Of a stretch of 64,000 nt of DNA, positions 9,218-19,356 are shown one piece after another (within the stretch, counting starts at the first letter, position 1; every line of letters starts with the position of its first letter). The stretch is taken from the NCBI GenBank assembly GCA_963662405.2, contig CAXXKT010000001.1, positions 96,001 through 160,000 on the forward strand. Direction: 5' to 3'. The DNA is from Syntrophales bacterium. GTDB lineage: Bacteria > Desulfobacterota > Syntrophia > Syntrophales > UBA2210. The position numbers and the translations under genes are program-made. The notes beneath the pieces were generated by a model. That model did no database searches and was not told where the DNA came from. It worked only from the letters and a program-made list of their open reading frames with translations.

Positions 9218-10888
9218 ATGTCAAAGCGAATCGTTGTAGATCCGATCACACGGATTGAAGGACATTTACGGATAGAAGTCGAGGTTGACGACAACCTCAT
9301 CAAGGACGCGTGGGCAAGTATCACGCTGTGGCGCGGAATCGAGACCATCCTGAAGGGTCGGGATCCCCGCGATGCGGGACTCATGGTACAGCGCTTCTGT
9401 GGTGTCTGCACCTATTCTCATTACGAGGCGAGTATCATGGCCTGTGAGGATGCCTTCGGCGTCAAACCGCCTCCCATCGCGCGGATCGTGCGAAACCTGA
9501 TCAACGGCGCCCAGTTCCTGACGGACCATGTCATGCATTTTTACCATCTCCACGGCCTGGACTGGGTGGATATCGTCAGTGCCCTTTCGGCGGACCCCAG
9601 GAAGGCCGTTGAGATGGCAAAGAGTTATAATGCAAACCCCTATAACTGTTCCGAGACACACTACAAGGCCGTACAGGATCGACTGACCAAGTTCGTAAAA
9701 TCCGGACGGCTGGGCCCGTTTGCCAACGCCTACTGGGGGAATCCTTCATACAAACTGCCTCCGGAAGCAAACCTGATCATCGTCTCCCACTATCTGGATG
9801 CCCTGCAGCTCTCCAAGATCGGCGCCCAGATGATGGCCATCTTCGGCGGGAAAAACCCTCATCCCCAAACACTGGTCGTCGGCGGCATCACCTCCGTGGC
9901 GGATGCGCTCGATGTCCATCGAATCGGGGAGTATCTCTTCCGTCTGAAAGAATTCAAAAACTTTGTCGAGACGGCATACATCCCGGACGTCCTCATCGCC
10001 GCGACGTATTATAAGGATGAGGGCGCCGCCGGTATCGGCGCCGGGGTGAAAAACTACCTCGCCTACGGCGGATTCGAACTCGATGACGAGGGAAACCGGC
10101 TCCTCTTCCCCCGCGGCCTGGTGAGGGGCGGCGACATCGCCAATCCCTTTGCGCTGGATGAAAAGAAGATCACGGAAGAGGTCTACCACTCCTGGTACAA
10201 AGGCGGAGAGGGATTGCACCCCTACGAGGGCACAACCGACCCCAACTACACCGGGTTTGACGCAAACGCCCACGTGAAGGGCGATGAGAAATATTCGTGG
10301 TGCAAGACCCCGCAGTACGAAGATCAGCCCTACGAAGTGGGTCCGCTGGCGCGTTTCATCGTTGCCTATGCCCAGGGACACAAGGAGATCAAGGGACTGG
10401 TGGACGGCACGCTGAAGGCGGCCGGCCTGCCCGTGACCGTCCTCTTCTCCACGCTGGGTCGAACGGCGGCGCGCGCCCTGGAAACAAAGTACGTGGGAGA
10501 TCACATCGAGGAATGGGTCAACGAACTGGTGGGATGCATCAAGGGCGGCGACACCAGGACGTGGACACGTTGCGACGTCCCCGACACAGGCGAAGGCCGC
10601 GGCATGGTCGAGGTCCCGCGAGGCGCGCTGGGACACTGGGTCAAGATCGACAACAAGGTCATCTCCAATTATCAGGCGGTCGTCCCCTCGACCTGGAACT
10701 GCGCACCGAGGAACAAGGCCGGCAAGAGAGGCCCCTATGAGGAGTCCCTCATCGGCACGAGGCTGGCCAACGTTGATCAACCCCTGGAGATCATCAGGAC
10801 GATTCACTCCTTCGATCCCTGCATGGCCTGCGCGGTTCACATCATAGATCCGAAGACCAATGAAGTGAAGGAATTCAAGGTCGCCTAA
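9218..10888 (+). CDS. [NiFe] hydrogenase large subunit, group 1 (1b-like)
   Basis: 'DPITRIEGHLRIE', L1 RFCGVCTYSH, L2 FDPCMACAVH plus cleavable C-terminal tail; Cys (not Sec) in L2. Confidence 0.96.
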   Translation: MSKRIVVDPITRIEGHLRIEVEVDDNLIKDAWASITLWRGIETILKGRDPRDAGLMVQRFCGVCTYSHYEASIMACEDAFGVKPPPIARIVRNLINGAQFLTDHVMHFYHLHGLDWVDIVSALSADPRKAVEMAKSYNANPYNCSETHYKAVQDRLTKFVKSGRLGPFANAYWGNPSYKLPPEANLIIVSHYLDALQLSKIGAQMMAIFGGKNPHPQTLVVGGITSVADALDVHRIGEYLFRLKEFKNFVETAYIPDVLIAATYYKDEGAAGIGAGVKNYLAYGGFELDDEGNRLLFPRGLVRGGDIANPFALDEKKITEEVYHSWYKGGEGLHPYEGTTDPNYTGFDANAHVKGDEKYSWCKTPQYEDQPYEVGPLARFIVAYAQGHKEIKGLVDGTLKAAGLPVTVLFSTLGRTAARALETKYVGDHIEEWVNELVGCIKGGDTRTWTRCDVPDTGEGRGMVEVPRGALGHWVKIDNKVISNYQAVVPSTWNCAPRNKAGKRGPYEESLIGTRLANVDQPLEIIRTIHSFDPCMACAVHIIDPKTNEVKEFKVA

Positions 10889-10904
10889 CGTCGATAAGGA
10901 GATT

Positions 10905-11579
10905 ATGATGGAAGCAATAATTCCGAAAAAAGAATGGTCCGTGGCCATGAGGATCAATCACTGGGCCACGGCGTTTGCGATATGTATCCTGATCGTGACG
11001 GGTTTTTATATTGCGAAACCCTTCACCATCGGCGTGGGAGAAACGGTCAACAAGTTCTTCATGGGGGATGTCCGTTTCTGGCACATCCTCTTCGGGGTCC
11101 TGCTCTTCTTCCTCTTTCTCTGGAGGGTATACCTGGCATTCTTCTCCCGGTTCCATGCGGACTGGAAAGACTTCTTCGCGTGGGTGGAGATAAGGAATTT
11201 CATCAAGCAGATCAAGTTCTACCTGTTGGTTTCCAAGGAGCGTCCTGAGCATAATTATCTCTACGGCCCCTTGCAGGCGCTGGCATATGCGGGGCTCCTC
11301 GTTCTGGTGTTCCTGATCATTGTGACGGGACTCATCCTCCTCGGGACGGGATACCACGCGGGGTGGACCAGTGTCCTCTACGCCATGGTCAAACCCTTTG
11401 AGACCATGATGGGCGGTCTGGCCATGGTCCGGTGGATCCACCACATACTGACGTGGTGCTTTATCCTCTTTATCGTGGTCCATATTTACATGGCATTCTG
11501 GTACGACGCCGTCTTTCAGGAGGGAACCATCTCTTCCATGATCAGCGGCAAGGTATTCAGAAGGAACCACGACGAATAA
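10905..11579 (+). CDS. Hydrogenase b-type cytochrome subunit
   Basis: 'RINHW', 'RFWH', 'YGPLQ', 'RWIHH', 'HIYMA', 'ISSMISG'; 4 TM helices. Confidence 0.92.
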   Translation: MMEAIIPKKEWSVAMRINHWATAFAICILIVTGFYIAKPFTIGVGETVNKFFMGDVRFWHILFGVLLFFLFLWRVYLAFFSRFHADWKDFFAWVEIRNFIKQIKFYLLVSKERPEHNYLYGPLQALAYAGLLVLVFLIIVTGLILLGTGYHAGWTSVLYAMVKPFETMMGGLAMVRWIHHILTWCFILFIVVHIYMAFWYDAVFQEGTISSMISGKVFRRNHDE

Positions 11580-11616
11580 CAAGACAAACAGCTTCCGTTT
11601 GACAAAAACCAAGGAG

Positions 11617-11645
11617 AAAAGGGGGAGAACCATCTCCCCCTTTTT
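11617..11645 (+). terminator. Rho-independent terminator-like hairpin between structural and maturation genes
   Basis: AAAAGGGGGAGA-acca-TCTCCCCCTTTTT. Confidence 0.7.
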
Positions 11646-11657
11646 GAGGTTGGCGGT

Positions 11658-12158
11658 ATGGAGAAAAAGAACCGTATAACGATCCTGGGACTGGGAAACA
11701 TCCTCCTCGCCGATGAAGGATTCGGCGTACACTTTATCCGGTGGTTTTTGGAACGATACCACCTCCCGGTCGGTGTGGAGGCCCTCGACGGAGGGACACT
11801 CGGCTATACCCTCCTCGATCAGGTCGGCACCTGCCGACACCTGATCGTGGTGGATGTAATCAAACTGGATGACACACCCGGATCTTTGTATCGCTTCACG
11901 CGGGAGGCACTTGAACTGCATATGCCTCCCCCCACATCGGCCCATGAGGTCGTGTTTCTGGACGTGATCTGCAAGGCCGAGCTGATTGAAGAGGCGCCGG
12001 AGGACGTGATCTTCCTGTGTATCGTGCCGGAGGAGTACGGCGACACCCGCCTGGAGATGACCCCGACGATGCGGGAGAGGTTCCCCGCCATGGAGCACAT
12101 GCTGCTCAAGGAACTGTCCCTTCACGGCATCGTGCCGGAGATGATCGCCGATGCATGA
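11658..12158 (+). CDS. Hydrogenase maturation endopeptidase (HyaD/HybD family)
   Basis: 'LGLGNILLADEGFG', 'DGGT', 'SAHE'. Confidence 0.92.
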   Translation: MEKKNRITILGLGNILLADEGFGVHFIRWFLERYHLPVGVEALDGGTLGYTLLDQVGTCRHLIVVDVIKLDDTPGSLYRFTREALELHMPPPTSAHEVVFLDVICKAELIEEAPEDVIFLCIVPEEYGDTRLEMTPTMRERFPAMEHMLLKELSLHGIVPEMIADA

Positions 12159-12495
12159 ACTCTCTCTGACCCAGTCAGTTATGGATATTATCGAAGACTA
12201 CGCCCGCAGGCACCGGTTCGCGAAGGTCAACACCGTCAAGCTTTCCTTCGGGAAGTTGTCTTCCATTGAACCGAAGGCCCTCGAATTTGCCTTTGCAGTC
12301 CTGTCGAAAGAAACAAAGGCGGAGAGAGCACGCCTTGAATTCGATATCTTGCCTGTCGTCATATACTGCATGTCATGCGGAAAAGATATCGAGGTGGACT
12401 CGTATACCGCAACATGCCCGCGCTGTCAGGGGGAAGAAGTGCTCCTGACCGGGGGGACCGAAGAATTGAAACTCGTTGAATTGGACGTCGATTAA
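12151..12495 (+). CDS. hypA: Hydrogenase nickel insertion protein HypA
   Basis: MHELS start, two CxxC. Confidence 0.95.
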   Translation: MHELSLTQSVMDIIEDYARRHRFAKVNTVKLSFGKLSSIEPKALEFAFAVLSKETKAERARLEFDILPVVIYCMSCGKDIEVDSYTATCPRCQGEEVLLTGGTEELKLVELDVD

Positions 12496-12512
12496 AGAAG
12501 AGGTGGGGTCAT

Positions 12513-12743
12513 ATGTGTATCGGATTTCCCGGCAGGATCATTTCCATCGATGAGGATAATTTCGCCGTCATCGATATCAGCGGCACCAGGCGGGAGGTCT
12601 GCCTCGATCTGGTTGACGAGGACGTTGCAATCGACGATTACGTCATATCCCATGCCGGGTATGCCATCCACCGGATCGACGAAGAACTGGCGAAAGACAA
12701 GCTGGATCTCTTGAAAGAAATCATCGCCAATGAAATATATTGA
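12513..12743 (+). CDS. hypC: Hydrogenase maturation chaperone HypC
   Basis: MCIGFPG start, 'DYVISHAGYAI'. Confidence 0.95.
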   Translation: MCIGFPGRIISIDEDNFAVIDISGTRREVCLDLVDEDVAIDDYVISHAGYAIHRIDEELAKDKLDLLKEIIANEIY

Positions 12744-13818
12744 TGAATATCGCGACCCGTCGCTGGCACGGGGTCTGCTCGACGGAATCGCGAGACTGTC
12801 GGAACAGATAGGCCGCACGATCACCGTGATGGAGGTGTGCGGCAGCCATACCAACGCCATCGGTCGTTTCGGCATTCGGAACCTGATTCCGGAAACGATC
12901 AGACTTATTTCGGGTCCCGGCTGTCCCGTGTGCGTCACCGCGATCCATGATGTGGACATCGCCCTGCACCTGGCGGCACGGGAAGATGTTATCTTCTCCA
13001 CCTTCGGGGACATGCTCCGGGTCCCCGGCTCACACGGAAACAGTCTCCAGAATATGCACGCAGGGGGTGCGGATATCCGGGTGGTTACCTCTGCCGCGGA
13101 TTGCATCTCTCTCGCCCGGACCCATACCGATAGGGAAATCGTCTTTATGGGTATCGGTTTTGAGACGACGGCACCCACCATCGCCGCAACGATCCTTTCC
13201 TGCCGGGGAAAGGGGGTCTCCAATTTCTCCGTCTTTTCCGTTCACAAGATCGTCCCCCCCGTCCTGAAGGCCCTCATCACAGATCCGGCACTTAACGTCG
13301 ATGCTTTCCTGTGTCCGGGGCATGTGAGCACCATCATCGGGGCAAATGCATATGAACTGATCACCCGGGCGGGGCGAGCCGCCGTCATTACGGGCTTCGA
13401 ACCGATTGATATCCTGGAGGGAATCTTCATGCTCCTGGAACAGATAGCCCACGATAAGAAACGGGTTGCGATCCAGTACAGCCGCGGCGTCAAGCCGGAA
13501 GGAAACCCGCGGGCACGGGATGTCATGATGGCCGTGTTTCGTCCGGGAGATGCCGAATGGCGGGGGCTTGGCGCCATACCGGGGAGCGGCCTCCTCATTC
13601 GGGAAGACTACGAAACATTCGATGCGCTGAAGAAATTCGAGGTTCCCGAAATCCATTCCGTCGAGATGAAGGGGTGTTGCTGCGGCGATATACTGCGGGG
13701 GATCAAGACGCCGAATGAGTGCCCGCTCTTCAAGCGCGTCTGTACCCCGGTAAACCCCGGGGGGCCCTGTATGGTCTCCTCGGAAGGGACCTGCGCGACC
13801 TACTACAAATACCATTGA
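12730..13818 (+). CDS. hypD: Hydrogenase maturation protein HypD
   Basis: 'MEVCGSHT', 'GPGCPVCVT', 'GFETTAP', 'PGHVS', 'CMVSSEGTC'. Confidence 0.96.
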   Translation: MKYIDEYRDPSLARGLLDGIARLSEQIGRTITVMEVCGSHTNAIGRFGIRNLIPETIRLISGPGCPVCVTAIHDVDIALHLAAREDVIFSTFGDMLRVPGSHGNSLQNMHAGGADIRVVTSAADCISLARTHTDREIVFMGIGFETTAPTIAATILSCRGKGVSNFSVFSVHKIVPPVLKALITDPALNVDAFLCPGHVSTIIGANAYELITRAGRAAVITGFEPIDILEGIFMLLEQIAHDKKRVAIQYSRGVKPEGNPRARDVMMAVFRPGDAEWRGLGAIPGSGLLIREDYETFDALKKFEVPEIHSVEMKGCCCGDILRGIKTPNECPLFKRVCTPVNPGGPCMVSSEGTCATYYKYH

Positions 13819-13851
13819 GATCAATTCCGTTGTTCAGAGAAGGAGAAAAAG

Positions 13852-14517
13852 ATGAAGATTGATGTCGTCAAAAACGTACTGGACGCAAATGACCGGATCG
13901 CCATGGAGAACAAGGCGTTATTCGATGAAAAGAAGACCTACGTCATCAACCTGATGAGCTCGCCGGGGGCGGGGAAAACGACGCTTGTGGAGAAAACGAT
14001 CGATGCCCTGAAGGACAAATACGCCATCGCCGTTATCGAAGGAGATATTCAGGATACGTATGATGCCGATCGGGTAGCACAACACGGGATCCCCGTGGTG
14101 CAGATCAATACCGGAGGTGCCTGTCATATCGACGGGAACATGATTCGCGAGACATTCCCCTCCTTCGATTTCGACAAGATCGACCTTTTGATCGTGGAAA
14201 ATGTCGGGAACCTGGTCTGCCCGGCCGAATTCAAACTCGGAGAAAACATCAAGGCCATGATCCTGAGCACCCCCGAAGGGGCGGACAAACCGGCAAAATA
14301 CCCCCTCATGTTTCAGGAGTCCGCGGTCATGATCGTCAACAAGACAGACCTCATCCCCTATGTCGATTTCGATATGGAGAAGGCGAAAAAAAGCGCACTG
14401 GTCAGCAACAGGGACCTCGCCATATTCGAGGTGTCATGCAAGACATCCGCGGGGCTTGCGGACTGGTTCCAGTGGCTCGAGAATCAGATAGAAACGTATA
14501 AAAAGCAGAACCAGTGA
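13852..14517 (+). CDS. hypB: Hydrogenase nickel incorporation GTPase HypB
   Basis: 'SSPGAGKTT', 'GACH', 'ENVGNLVCPA', 'DKPAKYP', NKTD. Confidence 0.96.
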   Translation: MKIDVVKNVLDANDRIAMENKALFDEKKTYVINLMSSPGAGKTTLVEKTIDALKDKYAIAVIEGDIQDTYDADRVAQHGIPVVQINTGGACHIDGNMIRETFPSFDFDKIDLLIVENVGNLVCPAEFKLGENIKAMILSTPEGADKPAKYPLMFQESAVMIVNKTDLIPYVDFDMEKAKKSALVSNRDLAIFEVSCKTSAGLADWFQWLENQIETYKKQNQ

Positions 14518-16826
14518 TCAAGAGAGTCCGTTGTCATTTTTCCGGTGTTGTCCAGGGGGTGGGGTTTCGGCCCTTTATCTACCGGGTGGCCCGACTGCAC
14601 GCCCTGTCGGGATTCGTGCAAAATCGCCCGGACGGCGTTGCCGTGGAAATCGAGGGAACGGACCCGTCCATCAACGCCTTCCTCTCCGATGTCCAGGGCC
14701 ACCTTCCTCCGCTCGCCGAGGTGACCGACCTCTCCGTCAGCAAAGCGTCTGTCCGGGGCGATAGTGCATTTCGCATCATCGCGAGCGAGGCGGAGGGCAC
14801 GGCGGATGTCCACATCACCCCGGATGTCGCCACCTGCAGCGAGTGTCTCAGGGAACTGTTCGATCCCGCGGACCGGCGGTACCGCTACCCCTTCATCAAC
14901 TGTACGAACTGCGGGCCGCGATTGACCATCATCAGAGCCATCCCCTATGACCGGGGCAACACGTCCATGGCCTGTTTTCCCCTCTGCCCGGAATGTCTGA
15001 ACGAGTACCGGGATCCGGCGGACCGCCGATTCCACGCGGAGCCCAACGCCTGCCCGGTATGCGGCCCTCGTCTGACCCTGCTTGATGAAAAAGGCCGGCA
15101 GTTGGACGTGTCGGATCCGCTCCGGACCGCCTGCGACGGACTCCGGGACGGAGCCATCGTCGCCATCAAGGGGCTCGGGGGATTTCACCTCTGCGTGGAT
15201 GCCGGCAACGACGACGCCGTCAAGCGGCTGCGGTCACGCAAATACCGGGAAGAAAAACCCCTGGCCATTATGGTGAAGGACCGGGAACACTCATCCCGGA
15301 TTGCAGAAGTGAACGCATCCGAGTTGACCCTGCTGGAATCCTTCCAGCACCCTATCGTGCTGGTAAAAAAGAAGGAAGGTGCGCCGGTCGCGGAAGGGAT
15401 CGCCCCCGGGATGGACACGCTGGGGATCATGCTCCCCTATACCCCTCTTCAGCACCTCCTCTTCGAGCAGGGTTTTGCCGCGCTGGTTATGACCAGCGCG
15501 AACCGAACGGACGAGCCCATCTGTATCGGCAATCGCGAGGCCGTCACCCGGCTGCAGGGTATCGCCGACTTATTTCTGGTTCATAACCGGGACATCCTCG
15601 TGCGGTGCGACGATTCGATCGCCATGACCGTCGCCGCAACACCGGTCCTCCTGCGGCGTTCACGGGGGTATGTCCCGAAGCCCCTCATCCTCCGGGAGGC
15701 ATATCCCGAGATCCTGGCACTGGGACCGCACTTGAAGACCACGATCTGCATCTTGAAGGGCTCATCGGCCTTCCTGAGCCCCCATATCGGCGATCTGGAG
15801 ACACCCCAGGCACGGGACTTCCTGCATGAAAGCACGGACCTCATGTATCAGATCGCCCGGTGCCGCCCCCGGCACGTCGCCTGCGATCTCCACCCGGGAT
15901 ATTACACCACACAGGTTGCCCGTCGGATGGAAGGAGACTTTGAGCTCATCCCCGTCCAGCATCACCATGCCCACATCGTCAGCTGCATGGCGGACAACGG
16001 CATCACGGGCCGGGTCATCGGACTCTCCATGGACGGCACCGGATACGGACCGGATGGACACGTCTGGGGAGGGGAATTCCTGGTCGCTGATGAATGCGAC
16101 TTCACACGATCCGGGCATATTTCTGACTATCTTCTTCCGGGGGGAGAAAAGGCCATCCATGAACCGTGGCGTATCGCCGCGAGCCTCCTGCGGGAGGCCT
16201 TCGGAGATGACTGGCAGGGCTATGCGCATAGGCTGCATATCATCCCGGAGGAGCGGTATTACCCCCTGATCGATACGATCATGCGCACCCGCACCAACAG
16301 CCCCCTCACCTCCAGTCTGGGCAGGCTCTTCGACGGGATCGGCGTACTCCTCGGTCTGCGGGGGACCGTCTCATTCGAGGGCCAGAATGCAATGGCAATG
16401 GAGGCACTGGTGCAGGAGTCACCGACAGATTCTCTCCCCTTTGATATCGAAATCGAGGGGGAGAGCTTTCTCCTCGATTTCTCACCTGCCGTCCGCAGGA
16501 TTGTTGAACTGATTCTTACCGGGGAATCGGAGAAGGCTCTTGCGTGGGCATTCCACCGGTGTCTGTGTGAGGCCTTCCGAGAAACAACCGTCCGGATTCG
16601 CCGGGAGACAGGACTCAATCGGGCGGTCCTGAGCGGCGGCTGCTTCCAGAACCGCATCCTCGTGGAGGGGTGTAGGCGAGAGCTTCAGGACGCCGGTTTT
16701 GATGTCTTCCTCCATCAACGGGTCCCCCCCAACGACGGGGGCATCTCTTTGGGACAGGCGGTGTGTGCCGGCGCCCGGGTAAAAGCCGGGTTGCCTTGGA
16801 ACGGCACAGCGGTACAGGAAACATGA
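14514..16826 (+). CDS. hypF: Carbamoyltransferase HypF
   Basis: 'GVVQGVGFRPF' acylphosphatase, Zn fingers, 'QHHHAH', 'DGTGYG', 'PNDGGISLGQ'. Confidence 0.96.
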   Translation: MIKRVRCHFSGVVQGVGFRPFIYRVARLHALSGFVQNRPDGVAVEIEGTDPSINAFLSDVQGHLPPLAEVTDLSVSKASVRGDSAFRIIASEAEGTADVHITPDVATCSECLRELFDPADRRYRYPFINCTNCGPRLTIIRAIPYDRGNTSMACFPLCPECLNEYRDPADRRFHAEPNACPVCGPRLTLLDEKGRQLDVSDPLRTACDGLRDGAIVAIKGLGGFHLCVDAGNDDAVKRLRSRKYREEKPLAIMVKDREHSSRIAEVNASELTLLESFQHPIVLVKKKEGAPVAEGIAPGMDTLGIMLPYTPLQHLLFEQGFAALVMTSANRTDEPICIGNREAVTRLQGIADLFLVHNRDILVRCDDSIAMTVAATPVLLRRSRGYVPKPLILREAYPEILALGPHLKTTICILKGSSAFLSPHIGDLETPQARDFLHESTDLMYQIARCRPRHVACDLHPGYYTTQVARRMEGDFELIPVQHHHAHIVSCMADNGITGRVIGLSMDGTGYGPDGHVWGGEFLVADECDFTRSGHISDYLLPGGEKAIHEPWRIAASLLREAFGDDWQGYAHRLHIIPEERYYPLIDTIMRTRTNSPLTSSLGRLFDGIGVLLGLRGTVSFEGQNAMAMEALVQESPTDSLPFDIEIEGESFLLDFSPAVRRIVELILTGESEKALAWAFHRCLCEAFRETTVRIRRETGLNRAVLSGGCFQNRILVEGCRRELQDAGFDVFLHQRVPPNDGGISLGQAVCAGARVKAGLPWNGTAVQET

Positions 16827-16895
16827 CTTCAGAGGGACGGCAGGCCCTTGACTCTCTTTATGAACGCATGGTGTACAGACAGAAAGGTTAGCCAT

Positions 16896-17906
16896 ATGAA
16901 AGACGATATCATCCTTCTTGGACACGGCGGCGGCGGCTTGCTCAGCCACGAACTCGTTACCCAAAAGTTCCTGCCTCTTTTCACGAACAGCTATCTGGAA
17001 CGACTCGAGGATGGGGCCGTTTTCGATATCGGGACGGAGAAGCTGTGCTTTTCCACGGACTCCTATGTGGTCAACCCTGTTTTTTTCCCGGGTGGCGACA
17101 TCGGATCGCTGGCCGTCCACGGGACGGTCAATGACCTGTCCATGTGCGGAGGGATACCTCTTTTTTTGAGCACGGGGTTTATCCTCGAAGAGGGCTTCCC
17201 GATGGAGCAACTGGAGAAGATTATTGCATCCATGGCACAGGCGGCAGGACGAGCCCGCGTGCAGATCGTGACGGGGGATACCAAGGTCGTTCCCCGGGGG
17301 GCGGCGGACGGTCTTTTTATCAACACCACCGGCGTCGGTATCGTCCGTTATGAGGGAACGATTTCCGTCGGCAGCATCGCCCCCGGTGATGCGGTCATCG
17401 TCAACGGTGCCCTCGGGGACCACGGGGCCGCCATCCTGGCCAAACGGGAAGGGATCGGCCTGGATACCGAGCTCCTCTCCGATTCGGCCCCCCTCAACGG
17501 ACTCGTAGCGGACATCCTGAAGGTAAGCCCCAACATCCACTGTATGCGTGACGCTACCCGCGGGGGACTCGGCGCAATCATGGCCGAGATCGCCGATCAG
17601 TCAAAGCATGAAATCGTGCTCGAGGAAACCAACATCCCCGTGCAGGATGCCGTTAGAGGGGTCTGTGAGATCCTGGGCTTTGACCCGCTCTTCCTGGCGA
17701 ATGAAGGGAAGATGGTCGTGTTCTGTTCTCAAGAAGATGCTCAAGACATACTGAAAGTCATGAATTCACATCCTTACGGAAAGGATGCCGCGATAATCGG
17801 TCAGGTGACACATGAGAAGACGGGACGCCTCATCCTCAACACGCTGATCGGCGGTTCCCGGGTCATCGATCTCCCGGCAGGGGAACTGGTTCCTCGTATC
17901 TGTTGA
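16896..17906 (+). CDS. hypE: Carbamoyl dehydratase HypE
   Basis: 'HGGGG', 'FPGGDIG', 'GDTKVV', C-terminal PRIC. Confidence 0.96.
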   Translation: MKDDIILLGHGGGGLLSHELVTQKFLPLFTNSYLERLEDGAVFDIGTEKLCFSTDSYVVNPVFFPGGDIGSLAVHGTVNDLSMCGGIPLFLSTGFILEEGFPMEQLEKIIASMAQAAGRARVQIVTGDTKVVPRGAADGLFINTTGVGIVRYEGTISVGSIAPGDAVIVNGALGDHGAAILAKREGIGLDTELLSDSAPLNGLVADILKVSPNIHCMRDATRGGLGAIMAEIADQSKHEIVLEETNIPVQDAVRGVCEILGFDPLFLANEGKMVVFCSQEDAQDILKVMNSHPYGKDAAIIGQVTHEKTGRLILNTLIGGSRVIDLPAGELVPRIC

Positions 17907-17922
17907 GGGAATACCGAGCGGT

Positions 17923-18528
17923 TCAGACCTTCTGTTCGACCGATTCAAAACAGGGGATACAGAGCGTCCGGCCGGCAAACCGCCGGGTGCGCGACTCCAT
18001 GGTCACCTCGCCGCATCGTTCACAGACCAGGCTGTCCAGTATCCGTGCCCGCCTCGGTGCCGGGTAGGGAGCAGGAGAGACATCGAACAGTTCTGCGAGG
18101 GGCGCGGTCATATAGTGCCGTCTGGCCCGTTCCCGCAGACGCTCGCAGTGTTCCTTTTCTTCGGTGTTCAGGGAGCCGTCCGCCCCTTTTTTCACCAGGG
18201 AACCGATATCGTGGGGTATGTTTCCCTGCACCTCCCGGCGAAGCCGTGCCCGAAATCCCTTACCCGACCTACGATCGTAGAAGGTGAACGCCATTTTGCC
18301 GTAATCCTTGTGAATGAGGTTTCCCTTACCAAAGGTGCAGCCGGTCAGGAACTGAATCGCATCGACACCGCACATGTCGGTCTCCGTCACCGCTACCATA
18401 TTCCCCGATTCCGGTTCGCCCAACCGTTCAAGTGCGAGTTCCGCGACACGGATACCGATGGCCAGCCCCGGGCAAGTGTGACCGTGAAATGCGATGACAC
18501 GATCGATGATTTCAGGTGAAAAACGCAT
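17923..18528 (-). CDS. FmdE-family protein with C-terminal Zn finger
   Basis: 'FHGHTCPGLAIG', 'CGVDAIQFLTGCTFGKGNL', CxxC...CxxC. Confidence 0.88.
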   Translation of the reverse strand: MRFSPEIIDRVIAFHGHTCPGLAIGIRVAELALERLGEPESGNMVAVTETDMCGVDAIQFLTGCTFGKGNLIHKDYGKMAFTFYDRRSGKGFRARLRREVQGNIPHDIGSLVKKGADGSLNTEEKEHCERLRERARRHYMTAPLAELFDVSPAPYPAPRRARILDSLVCERCGEVTMESRTRRFAGRTLCIPCFESVEQKV

Positions 18529-18591
18529 GTAACCTCCAAATTAGACATTGGACAATCAAATATTTACACATGATTTCCAGCTCCTGATCTT

Positions 18592-19356
18592 TTACCTGTC
18601 TTCTTCGACTGGGATCACCAGGGGATGACCGTTGTGGTGATGAATCGCAACGGAAACGCCATAGACCGCCTCCACGGTCTCGGCTGCGATTGCTTCCGGT
18701 CGGCCGATATCGAAGATCCGTCCCTCCTTCAGAAACAGGTAGCTATCTGCAAATCGCAACGCCATGTTCAGGTTATGCATCGTCATTACCGCGGCGAGGC
18801 CGTGGTCCTGAACCGCATGCCTCAGCAGTCGAAGGATCTCAATCTGGTTTTTCAGATCGAGATTGCTCGTCGGTTCATCCAGGAGCAACAGTTTCGGTTC
18901 CTGTACCAAGGCCCGGCCGATGGCCACCTTCTGCAGCTCACCGCCGCTCATCTGATCGATATACCGCATGGACAGGCCCTGGAGGCCAAGGCTCTTGATC
19001 GCACCGTCTACGATACGAAGGTCCTCATCGGAAACCCGCCACCGGATATGAGGTCTTCGGCCCATGAGGATGGCATCGAAGGCGGTGAGCCGCCCCGCCG
19101 CCTGCTGCTGGGCCACATACCCCACCCGATGGGCAATCTGATGCGGGCTGAGGCCCAACACATCGTGGCCGTCCACCCAGACCGTTCCTTCGGCAGGCTT
19201 GAGAATGCTGTTGATGCATCGGAGCAGGGTCGTCTTTCCCACCCCGTTGGGGCCCAGGATAACCAGCAACTCTCCGGGGCTCACGGAAAATCGTACATCG
19301 TTGAGCACCTTCCGGCCGTTGTATCCGAAGCTGACGCCGTTGACCTGCAGGATCAC
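18592..19356 (-). CDS. ABC transporter ATP-binding subunit (FecE/BtuD-like)
   Basis: GTG start overlapping permease stop (GTGA); GPNGVGKT, MSGGE, LLLLDEPT. Confidence 0.92.
   Translation of the reverse strand: MILQVNGVSFGYNGRKVLNDVRFSVSPGELLVILGPNGVGKTTLLRCINSILKPAEGTVWVDGHDVLGLSPHQIAHRVGYVAQQQAAGRLTAFDAILMGRRPHIRWRVSDEDLRIVDGAIKSLGLQGLSMRYIDQMSGGELQKVAIGRALVQEPKLLLLDEPTSNLDLKNQIEILRLLRHAVQDHGLAAVMTMHNLNMALRFADSYLFLKEGRIFDIGRPEAIAAETVEAVYGVSVAIHHHNGHPLVIPVEEDR

Noticed and set aside
10816..10840. NiFeSe hydrogenase
   Set aside because: The L2 motif is DPCMACAVH with Cys codons and no UGA
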